From: Guillardia theta CCMP2712
Taxonomy: Eukaryota; Protista; Cryptophyta
NCBI RefSeq assembly: GCF_000315625.1
Contig: NW_005434637.1
Coordinates: 505,985-569,984, forward strand
Direction of reading: 5' to 3'
DNA length: 64,000 nt
The position numbers and the translations under genes were made by a program. Positions 1 through 13,200 of the stretch are shown one piece after another. Positions within the stretch are counted from its first letter, which is position 1. Every line of letters starts with the position of its first letter. The notes below the pieces were generated by a model. The model did no database searches and was not told where the DNA came from. It worked only from the letters and a program-made list of their open reading frames with translations.

Positions 1-66
1 CGCAGCTCGAAAGCTTCAAAGTTTGGTTTGATGAGATATCTCGGGATTGATGTCTGCAGTCGCCAA

Positions 67-1056
67 TCAACCTCCCGGCAACCAGACAGAACATTCATGT
101 GCAGAAAAAGTACTTACGTTTATCATCCGCCTGAAGCCAAATTTCTGAAAGAAAGCTTTTGCCCCTACGTTCTCTGCGTGTACTCTGCACAGAGCGCTCT
201 TGTAGTTCTTCTTGGCGTAAGTGACGAAGAGAGAGAAGAGCAGGACAGAGCCTAATCTTTCTCTCCGACAGTCCTGTCGCACCCACAAGTCACAGATCTC
301 CAAGGAATGTGTTTCCTGGTATTTCACTGATTGCGCCCGAATCAATCCGTTGAGCGGGATCTTGCGGAGCTTCTCAACGTTCTTGATAAGAACGAGAAGC
401 ATGCCTACGTCGGCGTTGGACTGCACATCCTGCATCCAAGACAGGGATGGGATCCGGTAGGGCGGGTGCTTCCCGTCCACTTCTGTCTCCCATGCCACGT
501 AGCTCTTCTCCAGCCGCGCGGCATGGTTGGAGCTCATCTTCATGCTTGGAACCCTCACTACGCAGTTGAAGGCGGCCGAGATCTTGTCGAGGAGGAGATG
601 AGAAGAGTTCACGTTGGTTTGTGTATTCATCGCCCTCTTCAGCAGCTGCCAACACGTGCCGTCCTTGGCGAGATCGATCGGCCTTTGCTTCAGCGCATCT
701 TTTGTGTGAGGGTCTGCTCCGTGCTTCAGCAGCAAGCTAACAACGTCGGCATTCCTTGAAATCGCAGCAAAGTGCAGACAAGTTCTCAAGGAGGAACGTT
801 CTTGCAGTGGATGCACTGTCTTTGTAACATCACACTTGTTCTTGATCAGAAATTCGCAGGATGAAACTTTCCCAGCCGCTGCAGCATGGTGGATGGGGAG
901 GTACCCGTCCCCATCATACTCGTTGACTATATTTCTGCTCAGGTTCTTGAAGAACGATACGATCTTTTCGGCACTTGCCACATCGCCTCTGATCAAGTCC
1001 AAGTGAAACTTCTCTTTGTTCTTCCTTGCGTTTCGTTCAGCAAAAAGAAAGTCCAT
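67..1056 (-). CDS. Ankyrin-repeat protein with C-terminal GNAT acetyltransferase domain (single exon)
   Basis: Ankyrin repeats (GYLPIHHAAAAGKVSSCEFLIKNKCDV; RTCLHFAAISRNADVVSLLLKHGADPHTKD). GNAT motif A (ICDLWVRQDCRRERLGSVLL) and motif B (VHAENVGAKAFFQKFGF). Confidence 0.85.
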   Translation of the reverse strand: MDFLFAERNARKNKEKFHLDLIRGDVASAEKIVSFFKNLSRNIVNEYDGDGYLPIHHAAAAGKVSSCEFLIKNKCDVTKTVHPLQERSSLRTCLHFAAISRNADVVSLLLKHGADPHTKDALKQRPIDLAKDGTCWQLLKRAMNTQTNVNSSHLLLDKISAAFNCVVRVPSMKMSSNHAARLEKSYVAWETEVDGKHPPYRIPSLSWMQDVQSNADVGMLLVLIKNVEKLRKIPLNGLIRAQSVKYQETHSLEICDLWVRQDCRRERLGSVLLFSLFVTYAKKNYKSALCRVHAENVGAKAFFQKFGFRRMINVSTFSAHECSVWLPGG

Positions 1057-1619
1057 GCTTTGAGATCTTCTGATCTACTGCTGCTCATCACATGACCGAA
1101 CTACAATCGATACTTCAAGCGCTTCACTACAACGCTGCTTTCCTTGCCCGCGATCTTACAAGTTATCCCTATAGCAGACTCGACTTGTACTACCGTAAGT
1201 TAGTCGCGAGCATGGAACGTGCGTCCATCGGAGCTGGCGATTCTTTCACGCCATGGCGATCATGGCAGTCGGTTCCTTGGCAAACCCAGTGGCCCAAACC
1301 GCCTCCGAGGCTCGGGCCTACTGGCCGGCCCGGTGGCCCGGGCCTGGGCCCCGGTGGAATCTGAGTAAAAGCTTTGAGATGGTAGGATCTGTGGGATCCA
1401 CGAACTTGCGAGGGTTCTAGCTGAGAGAGGGAGAGGGAGGAGCAGGAGGCTGAGGTAGACCTTGAGGCGAGGCGAGGCGAGTAGGGGAGGAGAGGATCTC
1501 AAGGGGAGTCAGTCGTTGTGATCCTCACTCGACACACAACTTGTCCCTCCTCGCGCAAAGCTGCACAGAACAAAGAAAGTGCAACAGAATCGTGACTTTG
1601 TTTGCCCGCAGTGCCGAAA

Positions 1620-4613
1620 ATGGACAGCGACGAAGATGAAAATTTCGATACCAACTTCTCCGACCATGAGGACGAGGACACGGGGGAGGTGCAGAGAGAA
1701 TGAGGGGTACCTTGACTGGGTCCAAGTAATCTTTCGCCTCAGATCCAAAGCAAAGAGATGAACATAATCTTCTTGTTGGATTGCAGTGAGAAGATGCACA
1801 AGGAGATGAAATTCAGAGTGAGACGACAAACTTTCTCAGCTCTCACGTGACGAGCACGGCAGGACACCAAGACAGGAAAAGAAGTCTCCGATACGTATTT
1901 CAACCGGAGCTTGAGGGCAATATTCGACCTCTACCGAGACAGAGTGATGCTCCATGGCTTCTGCGCATTAGATTTAAACGCTCCTTGTTCTTTTTGCAGA
2001 TTAGATTCACCGATAGAGACATGTTCGGCATTATCCTGTTCAACACAAACTCAAATGAGAACAGGTGATACTCATTTGGGTCAACCCATCTCTAAAGGCT
2101 CTTGCAGTTTGCAAGGTGTGAAAGTTCTGTCGAAGCTGGATAAGTTGAATGTTGAAAGGATCAAGGAACTGAAGGAATTGCTTGGTTGATGACTGCTATC
2201 TCCCACCTCAATGTATGATGTGTTGCTTCCGACAGAGCAACCACAAACAGACCGAAAGAAGTGCTCTAGCTCCACCAGTGGGACAAACCACTTGCGATTT
2301 GGCCTGTGGTGTTGCATGGAGGAGTTCCAGGTGAAGAAGATCTCGATCTAGTCCCGTGTCAGATTCACTGAGACGTGAGGTAAGGGCTCCAAAAAGGATG
2401 CTTCAAAAGAAATCTATCTCCTCACATGCGATTCAAATCCCTTCCCGGGCTCCTCCAAGATGGAGAAGTAACCAAATTGTTCTGCAACCCGTTGGATCTC
2501 ACAGTTGTTGCAGTGACTGCATACAGAAAGCAAAGGATTGCTTGGACAATATGACTGTATGTCCTTTTATCACGTGGTGTATTCTTCCCACCTTAACACA
2601 TCTGAGGCAGAAGATCGATGTTTTCCCCCTGAGGGACGCCCTGAACGGTGAGGGCGGGAGTGACAACGAATCGGGCTTCAAGGGTGTCAACTTCTACAGA
2701 AAGCTGTCGGTAACAATTGCTGTCGTGCTGCGATCTGAAACGGATGACAGGCTGGAGCTCTTCTTCGACTCCTCCCCAGAGGTTGCGGAGGAAATTGACT
2801 ATCGGCTTTCCGAAAGGTCCCCAGACCCGAGCTCTGCAGTGGGACCTGAATGTAGTCGACAGGACGTTGTGTGAGTTGCAGAGTGAAATCGAGAAAGGAA
2901 TATCTATGAGAAGCTTTTCTACCGTCAATTGGTTCATCACTTCCTCGTTCGATGGGGATGGAAATCTTCAACGTAAGCCAAAGAACGATCTAGCCGTGCC
3001 AGTCAAGGTGATTCATTTGTGCATTGCAAGCAAGGTATTAGCGTAGATCCATCCCTACCACAAGGAACTGATCCTCGGCATTTCATAGAATTACAAGAAG
3101 TCCAAGGAAAAATCTTCTCGAGACAACAAAGACATTGTGGTATGTTGAATACACAGTGGTGCTCCAATTTTGTGACTTGCTCGAAGAAAACAAGCAGAAT
3201 TCTTTCGAAAGAAACTGGAGAAATCTTGATGGGATCTGTAAGCTGCACTGCATGTTGCATTTCTTACAATGACGAACTTTGAAAGGACATTGTTCGATCG
3301 ATCGATGTCGGCCCTGATCGGGTGATCTTCACCAATGAAGAAGTGCAGAGGATCAGGACGATGGGGCTACCCAAAGAGATCCGATCTTTAGGTTACTGTA
3401 TGTATTTTATTCCAGCGCAGCTGACCGAAATCATCTTTCAGGTTTCATGTCGAAAAGTTTGGTTGAGCAACGTTACAACTATAAGGGCTCCTACTTTCTC
3501 ATCCCCAACGAGAAAGCTGGTAATGGTACGACCGCAGTGTTCCACAGCTTCATCGAGGTGAGTGCTTGTCTTCTTTTCTTTGCATCCTCTTCATGCTCAA
3601 ACTCGTCTCGGAAGGTTATGATCAAGGAGGATGTCGCCTCACTCTGCTACATCAAGTTGAGGGAGAACGCAGAGCCAAAGCTTGCTGCGTTGCTCCCCCA
3701 GCGAGCGAGTGACGTGGATGACGTCCCGGCCGGCTTCCACGTCGTCTTCCTCCCCTTCAAGGGCAACATCCGTGAGACCTCCTCTCATCTCTCGTACTCC
3801 CTTGCTCGCTCATGTCAGCGTGCAGGCAAGATCCCGCCGCATCCACAAGTTTGGTATCCTCCGTCCTCTCACGGGGCCTGAGCCGTCGCTGACGTCACCT
3901 CTCCGCAGCCCAGACAAGGTTGACGAGGGGCTACAGAATGCTGCCTCCGAGGTGAGTCGTCCTCCTCGGCTCTGTGCGGCATGACAAAGTTCCGACCGGC
4001 AGCTCGTCAAGTCCCTCAACTACGAGTCCTTTCCGACGTCCTTCGAGAATCCGCACATCGTCAAATGGATGACTCACTTGGAGGCCCACGCGCTCGGGGT
4101 CCCTTCCTTGCGCCTTGTCGGGCTCGTGGGTTGATCTGCCATGCAGACTGAAGCGAACGAAAAGGAAGTGGAGGAGGCGCTGGCGAAGATCAGACCCGAC
4201 GAAGCCGCCATGGGGTCAAAGAAGGTGCTTTGCTTCCAGGGGCTGCCTTCTCCGCTCATGTGCGGCAGATCGTGAGCATTGTGGAGCGAATTAAGAGTTC
4301 TGCCGGCGAGACCTTCGTGGAGGGCGAACAGGGGCCTGCGAAACGCGTGAAGAAGGTCGAGCGACTTGGATAGTCGCACGAAAGAATGACGAGTGAGGCA
4401 GGAGACGACAACATTCAAGGTGGAGGGCGAAGACGAGGTGAGTTGCCTCCTTATTCTTCCTCATGTTGGCAGCTGAGGCACAAGTAGATCGTTTTGGATA
4501 ATCTGAAAGTCGACCAGCTCAAGGAAATGTGTAAAGGTTTCGGCATTCGAGTCACTGGGAAGCGAAAGGATGAACTGATCCAAGCCCTCAAAGACCATCA
4601 GGCAGCTGCTTGA
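1620..4613 (+). CDS. KU70: Ku70 DNA end-binding protein (NHEJ), multi-exon
   Basis: Spliced reading gives an acidic N-terminus (MDSDEDENF), vWA strands (EHIIFLLDCSEKM, DMFGIILFNT), the beta-barrel (KGSYFLIPNE..GTTAVFHSFIE, EPKLAALLPQ..PAGFHVVFLPF), FENPHIVKWMTHLEAHALG and a C-terminal SAP domain (LKVDQLKEMCKGFGIRVTGKRKDELIQAL). The SAP domain distinguishes Ku70 from Ku80. Confidence 0.92.
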
Positions 4614-4786
4614 TCTCAGGCTGTGAAGACTTTGAAGCGAATCGGAGGAATGACACGGATTGTGTTGATCATGACGCCGCGACTCAATGGGAATGTGCGA
4701 TTGTGGCATGAGACGAATGAGTGCGAATTTGTTTGTATTTCAATGTAGCTGGTATTGTTGATGCCAATCAGTATCTTTCTCCCCAC

Positions 4787-4913
4787 CCCTCCTCCCTCCT
4801 CCCTCCTCCCTCCTCCCTCCTCCCTCCTCCCTCCTCCCTCCTCCCTCCTCCCTCCTCCCTCCTCCCTCCTCCCTCCTCCCTCCTCCCTCCTCCCTCCTCC
4901 CTCCTCCCTCCTC
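4787..4913. repeat. (CCTCCCT)n heptamer tandem repeat, about 18 copies
   Basis: Directly visible perfect 7-bp periodicity downstream of KU70. Confidence 0.95.
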
Positions 4914-5521
4914 CTCTGAACGAAGGTTTGGAACTTCTACTCGAACGCAGTTAGGAGCCGCTTGTACCCCCACCCACAGAAGATACACCTACCTCTACCC
5001 CTGACCCGTTGTAGGAAGAAACTACCCCATAAATTTCATGGAAAATCTCATAGTATTACCCCACCCCTACTAGACCTTCCCAACTCACACCCACCCACCA
5101 CCCCCGACTTGCTAAAGTGCGTTGAGTGAAAATTGGTGGCCTCCGTTTTAGCACGAGGTATGGTAGCGGCCAGGAGAGGATGGAGGCGGTTGAGGACGGG
5201 AAGAAGCAGCAAGAGGAGGGAGGAGACGAGATGATCTTATTCATTAGAAGCATACGAGTAGTTCTTGTCAGTTTGATTACGTCAATGTGAGGATGATATG
5301 AGTAATCTCTTGCCTTTCTGCACGATTTTTCAAAATCAATCAGCCGGCTCACCCTTAAGCTCGCCTGGAATTAGCAGCAATGCCGTGAATGAGAAGCATC
5401 CTTATCTCTAAAGAAGTTCAGAAGCTGAAGCTTGTTACATCTTTCGGTCCTGAAGAAACAATGCATTGAAGCGCTGAGAGGAGAAAGAAGATACCACATC
5501 CCCAGTGTACATCCACCCCCA

Positions 5522-6865
5522 ATGCCTTTGTCTTCCGATGGCTCTCAGGGAGACGCTTCTGTACTTGTAGCTCTTCTCGTCTCTCTCGTCTACTCTTCAA
5601 CTGTTTTTGCCAATCCAATCAGTACATGCACGCAACCCAGGACACTGCCTCGCTCCGTTGCAATGGGACAAGGCGCAATGCAGTCGAAGAGGCAAAGAAC
5701 AAGTTCACCAGACTGGAGTGAGCAAGTGAGAAGCTCGTTTGAGACATCGCAGGGCGGGCAAGTCGATGCTTTTCATGCTCAGTGGGAATCAGCCGGACTG
5801 GACTCCTCGTCCGGTTTACCTTCCCCCAGCTTCGTTTCGAGTGTGGAGGGTCATACTCACAACGACGTGGAGCTTGAGAACAGCTTCTTCAGCGCCGAAA
5901 TCTTCCCTGAGTTTTCTCTTGACTCCGACTCTCGTCACAGCAACAAGCCGAAGCGGCGGCACGGATGGAGGACATGCACGTACATCGAGGGATGCTGCAA
6001 GGCTGCAAACTTTGGGGACCCGGTCGACGGGAAGCCGATCTTCTGTTTGCAGGTTGGGGGTGAGCTCGCCTGGTCTTGTGGTTTGTGACTTTGACTTTTC
6101 AGCACAAACTTCCGATGCACAAGAACGTGGTGAGCCGCAAGTGCCAGCACGTCGGCTGCAGCAAACGGCCTGTCTTCGGGGAGCCCTTCAGCAAGGTAGA
6201 CAGAGATGGACGGAGGTTGTGGGTTGTGACATGTTGCTTGAAAGAAACCCGGGTACTGCAGAGAGCACAAGTCAGCGCATCATGTGGACGTTGCGAACAA
6301 GAGATGTCAGTTCCCAAACTGTCGTCGACACCCTGTGTTCGGCGACGCTCGCGTCTACCTGGAACAAGCTGAGGTCTGTCTTGCCTGCTCACATGTCCGA
6401 TTCTAAATCACGGGGTCACAGCAAGTGGAGGCAAAGTTTTGTGCGAAGCACAAGCTGACTCATCATGTGGATGTTCGACATCGGAGGTGTGAGTTCCAGA
6501 ACTGCACGAAGCTTCCCTCCTTTGGCTGGCACAACGACATGATCCCCCGGTGCTGCTCTACACACAAGAAGGACGGGCAGGTGGCGCAAGCTGACCGCAG
6601 CAGAAGCTTGTCTGACCTCCTTCTCACAGGTCTACGTGGCGTCTCGTCTGTGCCAAGAGAAGGAGTGCAAGAAACGAGCTTCATGCCTTGTGCCCGATGG
6701 AGTAGGAAACAAGTTTTTCTGGTACCCTTCTCTTGCTCTTCTCTCCTCTACATGCCCCTGACTAGCATCTGCAGCTCCTCTCATCGACCCCACGGCGAAT
6801 TTTATCGCCTGCAGCCTGTCAAAGGTGAAGTTGACCGAAACCGCTGTATCAAATTTGACGTCTAA
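5522..6865 (+). CDS. EsV-1-7 cysteine-rich repeat protein, multi-exon
   Basis: After splicing, 4-5 repeats of C-x4/5-C-x3-P/A-x-FG-x6-7-(F/Y)C-x2-HK, e.g. CQHVGCSKRPVFGEPFSK..YCREHK, CQFPNCRRHPVFG..FCAKHK, CEFQNCTKLPSFGWHNDMIPRCCSTHK. These follow a low-complexity Ser-rich N-terminus. Confidence 0.85.
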
Positions 6866-7109
6866 CGCTCGCTCAGCTATCCCGTGCAGTGACCTCAGGA
6901 AGCCCATGCTACTCAAGAATGCCGTTAACTTGCCTTTGCTCTTGTGAATTCCTCTGGCAACAGCTCCTTGTTTTCCCCCTTTCCCAAAGTGAATGTGAAC
7001 GCCAATTTTTCCCGTGAATATTGTAGAATAAACAGTCAGACCTCATTTAATAGGCAACGATTTAAGCAATCTTTTGTCATCAATTCATTTGTATGTGTAA
7101 TCTTGGTCG

Positions 7110-9022
7110 TCATTGCGAATTTTCCAGTGTCCTCATCCGACTCTCCACCAAAGAGATCCGTTTGTCCATCACCAACACCGTGTCGTTGAGGATTTCAAGC
7201 TGTCGCAACACCTTGTGCTACGAAAAGGTGTTAAAAAATTAATAGCATACGCAAACACCTACCATCACGTCTTCCACACTGAGCGCCTGTGCAAGCGCAG
7301 GGGCAGGGGCTTGTTCTGCCTTCTCCTCCTGCACTTCCTGTTCGTAAGTTTGGCTCGAAGCAGGGTCGTTGACGTCAGCGGCATGAGGTTGAGCTTGATG
7401 CATCGCTTGTTCCCCCTTGTTTTTTTTTCGACTTCCTCCATCCACAGCGCGAGCAGCAGCATCTTTTGACATCGGAATGAGATCCTGTTGAAACTTCTTT
7501 TGAATATCTCGATTCTGTACATCTTGATATCAGGTATCAGAGTGGAGCAATGTTTCCTCAATACCTCAGCATTGTCATCCGCATTCGGCGCCCTCTCTTG
7601 GAGCTTCTTCGCTTGTTTTTGCCTATGACATACAAGAATCATGCACGTCTCACAATCTTTGACATAATCTCACAAGCTGACTTTTGCATCTTGCGCAGCG
7701 CTGGTGTTCGAAGACAAGTTTGTTTTGAAGACGAGCAGATTCTCGTCGTTGGATGCTGTCGCCAGATAATCTCCCTGAAGAAATAATCAACAGAGCAACT
7801 CGCAATCGTCCTGCTCTCACCGTCGGCGAGAAAGCAACTGATCGGACAGCTCCTTCATGCCCGTGCAACGTGTAACAGAGATGTCCCTCACGCAGGTCCC
7901 AGATCTGGCAAGACAGTGATCAGAGGCAGCTGAACGAAGCTCACTACCAACCTTTGTTGTCATGTCCGACGACCCCGACAGCATGTAGTCGCCGGACGGG
8001 TGGATACTGATGCTGTTCACGCTGTCCTTGTGCCCAGCGTAATGCTGCAGCAACCTGCCGAAGGACAGCAACCCAATGTCACGATGGGCTCGACGTAGGA
8101 GCAAGGAGAAAAGGACTCTCAGGACAAGTCCACGCACTGATTCATCCGGATGTCCCAGATGTTGATCGTATGATCGGCACTGCAGGCAACGACGCACAAG
8201 CCGTCTGGATGGAACGCGACGTCGTTCACCGCACTTCGATCAATCGTGAGGAGTGAAGTCAGAGAGAGGAAGTCGATACCCAGTGTGATCGTAGAACGTC
8301 TGGACACAGTTCCGCTGCGACACATCCCAGAGTCGGACGGTTTTGTCATCGCCTGTACCCGGGTGACGACAAGACAAACTTGATGCTTTCCCTTACCTCC
8401 TGAGACAACCAAGTTCCCTTGCGGGTTGAACTTCACAGACCTCACCCAGTTGCTATGGCCGCTCAGCGTCAGCTTGAACTTCTGTCCTGCCAGTGTCCAC
8501 ATCTAGCTCGAGTTCAGTTGCCGTTGCCAACTTGCATCGAAATCCACCTTGAGAGTTTTGTCATCAGACGCACTCATGAGAGAAGAGGAGTCGGGAGAGA
8601 AGGAGACACATCGGACGCCCCCATTGTGTGCTTTGATCACGGACGAACGGCCTTTGCTTCTGCGAGGACGGATTCAGCTCTTGTTTTCATGTCGAGCAAA
8701 CCTATTACATGTTGGGCGCCCACAGTCTGATCGTTCTGTCTTTGGAGCCCGATGCGATGATCCCGCCTGTCGGCGATATCGCAACGGAGTAAACAGGCTC
8801 CTGTTCATCGGGAGTCATTCAGACGATGCGCTGCAAATGCTGGATCACCGTATGCTCTGCGAAACGAAATGCACGTAGCTGTGGCTTGAAGTTCCAGATC
8901 ATGAGGCAGCTGTCTTGAGACCCTGATATCAACTGTTTCATGTTAGGGTTGAAGACGACGCTGTTGATGGCATCCTTGTGTCCACGGAAGGATCGCTCCA
9001 GAGTCGGATCCTCGCTGAACAT
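7110..9022 (-). CDS. POC1: POC1 centriolar WD40-repeat protein, multi-exon
   Basis: N-terminus [51 protein letters not shown] is the POC1 signature. Further WD repeats follow ([36 protein letters not shown]), then a C-terminal Poc1 coiled coil ([21 protein letters not shown]). Confidence 0.93.
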
Positions 9023-10273
9023 CCTCTTGGACTCTGACGAGGCAACGCCTGCATCACCGAAGTCACATCGGGCCCTCGCAAATCATGTTATGGGAGGCAG
9101 CTAACTCCCTGCCTACAAACACGAGTCTCCAGCTCTTCCTTTCTGTCCTTGGCTATCAACAAACTTTGCCTTTCTCCTCTCCCATGTGGTCGTTTCCGTT
9201 GCATCCCGCCAGTGCAGTTCTCATTTCCTCACGATATGAAGTTCGTACACCCATGCCCCTCGAGCACACTCTCGCCTCTCCTATCCCTCCCCCGCCTCCC
9301 GATCTCGCTTCTCTCTGAATGTACTACGCCTCCTCTTCTATCTCCTCCCCTCTCCTCCTTCCCACTCCCCTCGCTTGCTCCAGCTCCCTACGCTTCGCGC
9401 CATTTGCCCGTCACCCTGCTATTGCCCTCATCCCCGATCGGAAAATCATCTCCCTCATATGCACCGAGGTACTTTTCTTGCAGGTGTAACCGTTTTGTAA
9501 CCACTGCCTCTTCAATGCTGTTCGTGGCGGTGCCTATAGCGCTCGGCGGAGGCCCAGACATGTTCAACTGTGCTGAATGTAAGAGGAGGATGGAAGAGGG
9601 ACACAAGATAGCTAGCGATCCTTGGACATGCAGCAAGCACAGAACTTGTAGTCTCTGTGGCTTCGGGGGAAAGGAAAGGAGCCGACGTAGCGATGGGAGG
9701 AGGGCGGTTTTGAGCAGAAGTATGGTGGGTAGGGGAAGGGGATGAAACGGTTGATAGCTATGTGAACGTGAAGTTGCACAGTGCCTGAACGCTTCTGTGC
9801 ACGATTGAGTGCTGGAGGGCGATCGGCTTGCATTGAACATTCGTTTTAGGCATCGAGAACCAGGTCGGGCATCACAATGGATATAGCTGCCCACCTGGCA
9901 AGAGCATGAATGGTAAGATAATTCCTCTGCTCTTCACCTACCCATCTGTCTGGAATGTTCATGCTCTTCCGCTGTCCTTGGATCTGAAAGCTCCCTGCTC
10001 TTCACATGTTTTCGGATGTTCACGGTTGGGACACAGGGATCCCATACTGCCAGGACACCCTCACATGGGACAAGAAGGCCCCCGTCGTCGCTTTCTTGTA
10101 GTGATTCCTTATGTATGTGCCAAGTACACATGTGTCATGTGTCATGTGTTACATGTCTGTAAGTACCGCTATCTCATCTAACCCAACCCCTTATCCTCTT
10201 CCACCATCACTCCACGGAATTTGCCAGGTGTAAGCTCGCCGGTGCTCGCCCTCGTTATGATTTCTTCTCTCGG

Positions 10274-13200
10274 CTACGTGTCGAGCAAAGGTGAGAAGAG
10301 AAGGTTGGAGGGTCCATATCGACTCTCTGCCATGAAGTTTGAAGGATGAAAGCAAGCAAGGGATCCACATATACCGATAGAGTATCCCATCTCTGTCAAG
10401 AACGATGAGACCGGTCCATCGCCGTCGGCCTCTCTCGCCATGTCGACCTGAGCTCGAATGTTAACGGCTGCCCTTGACAGCCGGCGCTCCTGACCTCGAC
10501 GAAGATCTCGGGACGATCGCGGAGGAGGAGGTTCCTTGCCCCTTGTCTGCCGCACGCCGGTCAACCAGGGCAACAAGAGGCTGAGGGAGGGGATCACAGG
10601 ATCTCCATCTCCGACCCCTCGGAGTCGATCTTGATCAGTCTGACGTTGGTGATGCTATCGCGCTCGACTATGTCATCGAGCTTCATCAGCTGTACAGGCT
10701 GCGATTCTCTCAGGCTCTGCAGATGGGCCTTGTTACAGTGTTCTCTACCTGCAGTCGATGGCACAAAAGCCCTTCATGGGAATCTGAAGGAGAAGGTCAA
10801 GAGCAGCGCGAGAAGAGGGAAGGAGCAGATCAACCGTGGTCGAGGGAGATCCTTGACATGCCCGACAGGCCTGTTGAGACGTCACGCGTCTTTGAGGCAT
10901 GCGATGTGATGGAAGTGTACACCTGTCTCCGTCATGTCGCACATCTCAGCTGTCTTGGACTCGTTCCAGAGTCTGAAGTAGATTCTCAACGTGTCAGGAG
11001 GATGATAAAAATAACACAACAGACGAGATGTCAGGAGTATGAAAGATCGTTGCGAACAACAAAGCATGGGATTCTAAATGAATGGGATTCTAGCATCATT
11101 CCAAACTAGGCAGCGGGTCAACTCACCCGAAGTTGTAAGCTCTAATCTGATTCTGGACTCCATTCACCGCGATGTTTCCCAGCAGCACGCGATAGTTGTT
11201 AGGGATGGGCTCGAATGCCGCGACCTGAGAATGGGGAGTGAGATGGAGAGCGCAGAGGGTCATTCACCATGATCTCTGGCGAGCCAAGAGCTAGCATGGA
11301 GAAGCAGCCAGTGTTGGCTCCGATATCGACGAAAGTGATTTTTTCCTCTTGGTCTCCTGTCAAACTTGGTCACTTGCCTGCCAACCGCAAGCCCGCAAGG
11401 AGGGAGATCGAGCGACAACCGGTCGGCAGCATGTAGAGAATCCTCCTCAGCAACAACTCCACCTGGTCGTACAGCCGTCAGAGCTGAGACACGCCTGTCG
11501 AGGGCCCTGACGCCTCACCTCGTCAGGGTCCGCCACGTTGACGTTCCCGTTGAGCAGGTCCGAACCAAAACAACCGCCTGCGAGCTACTTCAGCTCCGAC
11601 TCGCTTCCGATGAGCCCGACCCATCACGATAGACTCTGGTACCACTCGCATCCCCTGCGTGTGCTGGGGTGCCGCCACCACCGCCATGCTGAAGTCCTTC
11701 AGCCAGCTGGGAGATGTCAGAGCGGCGCTGGACAGCCGGAGACGGGAACCTGAGTGAAGTCATCCTGCTGAGGAATTGCTGGACAGCAGCCTCCTTGATG
11801 GCAACTTTCTTCCCTTGCTGCTCTAACGCTCAGCTCTAGAGCATGCTCCATCCTTCGCCCTCACCTGTGCCTGCCGAAGACCCGCTATGGCAGAGAAGAG
11901 CGGGGGGATCACTTGGATGTTGTGCTGAGGAGAATTTGTCCTGAAGGATTCCAGCAGGTTGATCGCTTCCTCCACATCCTCTCGCATCAGGAACAACTGC
12001 GTCAACACGGAAACTTCAACTTGAGAGGAAAGGGAGGCAACCATTGCAATCGAGACCGGGATAGAGAAGAGCGTCGCCTCATGAAGGTCTGGGGCAAGAC
12101 GCTTCGCTGTCAGCAGCGCTCTGCGGGGTCGATCAGACCCTCTAGGTGTGACTGAGCAAGGAGGAGGGGAAGGGCACGACACCTGAAGGACAGCAGGAGG
12201 ATATTGCTATCAGCGAGGTACGCAAACTGCTGTAAGAAATATCCCAGCTACGAGGCAGTGAATCACGAGACTTGTCTAACGTCATGCGCTGACCGTTAGG
12301 AAGTATGAAGGATCCTGGTGGAGATGAGGAGAGTCCCAATGTAACTCCATTGTCCTGAGCATGTACCTCCTTGCCCACTTCTCCTTGGAATCATCGAGCA
12401 CCAGATTCATGGACAGGAAATACCTGAGCCCGTCATAAGATCGCGAGACGAGGAAGACTGGAGTGACCTCTGCGGTATCGAGAGCTGATTCAAGAGGAAG
12501 GGCGTGTATGCTACCTCTCTGATCGGGCGAGAATGACGAGTTTCTGATGATCTGCGATTCAAAATTCGTGAGGAGAAAGCTTAATCGAGGGAGGGAGGGA
12601 GGGAGGGAGGGAGAGTTAAAGGAAGGGAGGAAGAGGCCCGGAGGGAGGGAGGGTGGGAGTGAACAGGGAAGAAGGAAAAAGAAGAGAGTAGTAAGGAGGA
12701 AGACAAGGATTTTTCACTTGTGCGTGCAGTATCTTGAAGCAAGGAAAGGCTGCAGTTGTGATCTGCAAAGAACTTGTTGTCATGGAGGGTGAAGCAACGG
12801 AGCTGTCGAGGACTCACTGACACAGGCTTGACCAGTACTCGAACAGAAACCCCTGGAACGCACAACCGGAGCACACGTAGAGATCTACCTGCTTCACTCC
12901 AACACGTCATCATCGAGACAGGTTACGGAGAGCGTTGGGTCAACCTGGACGTCGGATTGTTTCAGGTTGAACGAGGCCTCCGACGAGTAGAATATGTGAG
13001 GCCAAGGCCACTGACCCGCAAACAGCAGCGCGATCATCCTAGATCTCCCTTCCATCCTCACGTCCAAGAGCTCGACGTTGCCCGAGCTCTCGCTGCTCGC
13101 ACTCGCACACCCTGCTTCTTCTTGCCGCCATATCAACTCTACGAGGGCTTGCTCGGAAGGCCCCGATGCTGATGCAGCACGAGGTTGGTGCTTGGCAACA

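Noticed and set aside
4721-4988. ORFs encoding PPSSLLP / EEGGGRR repeats (also 43839-44245 and 59197-59643)
   Set aside because: They are translations of non-coding microsatellites.
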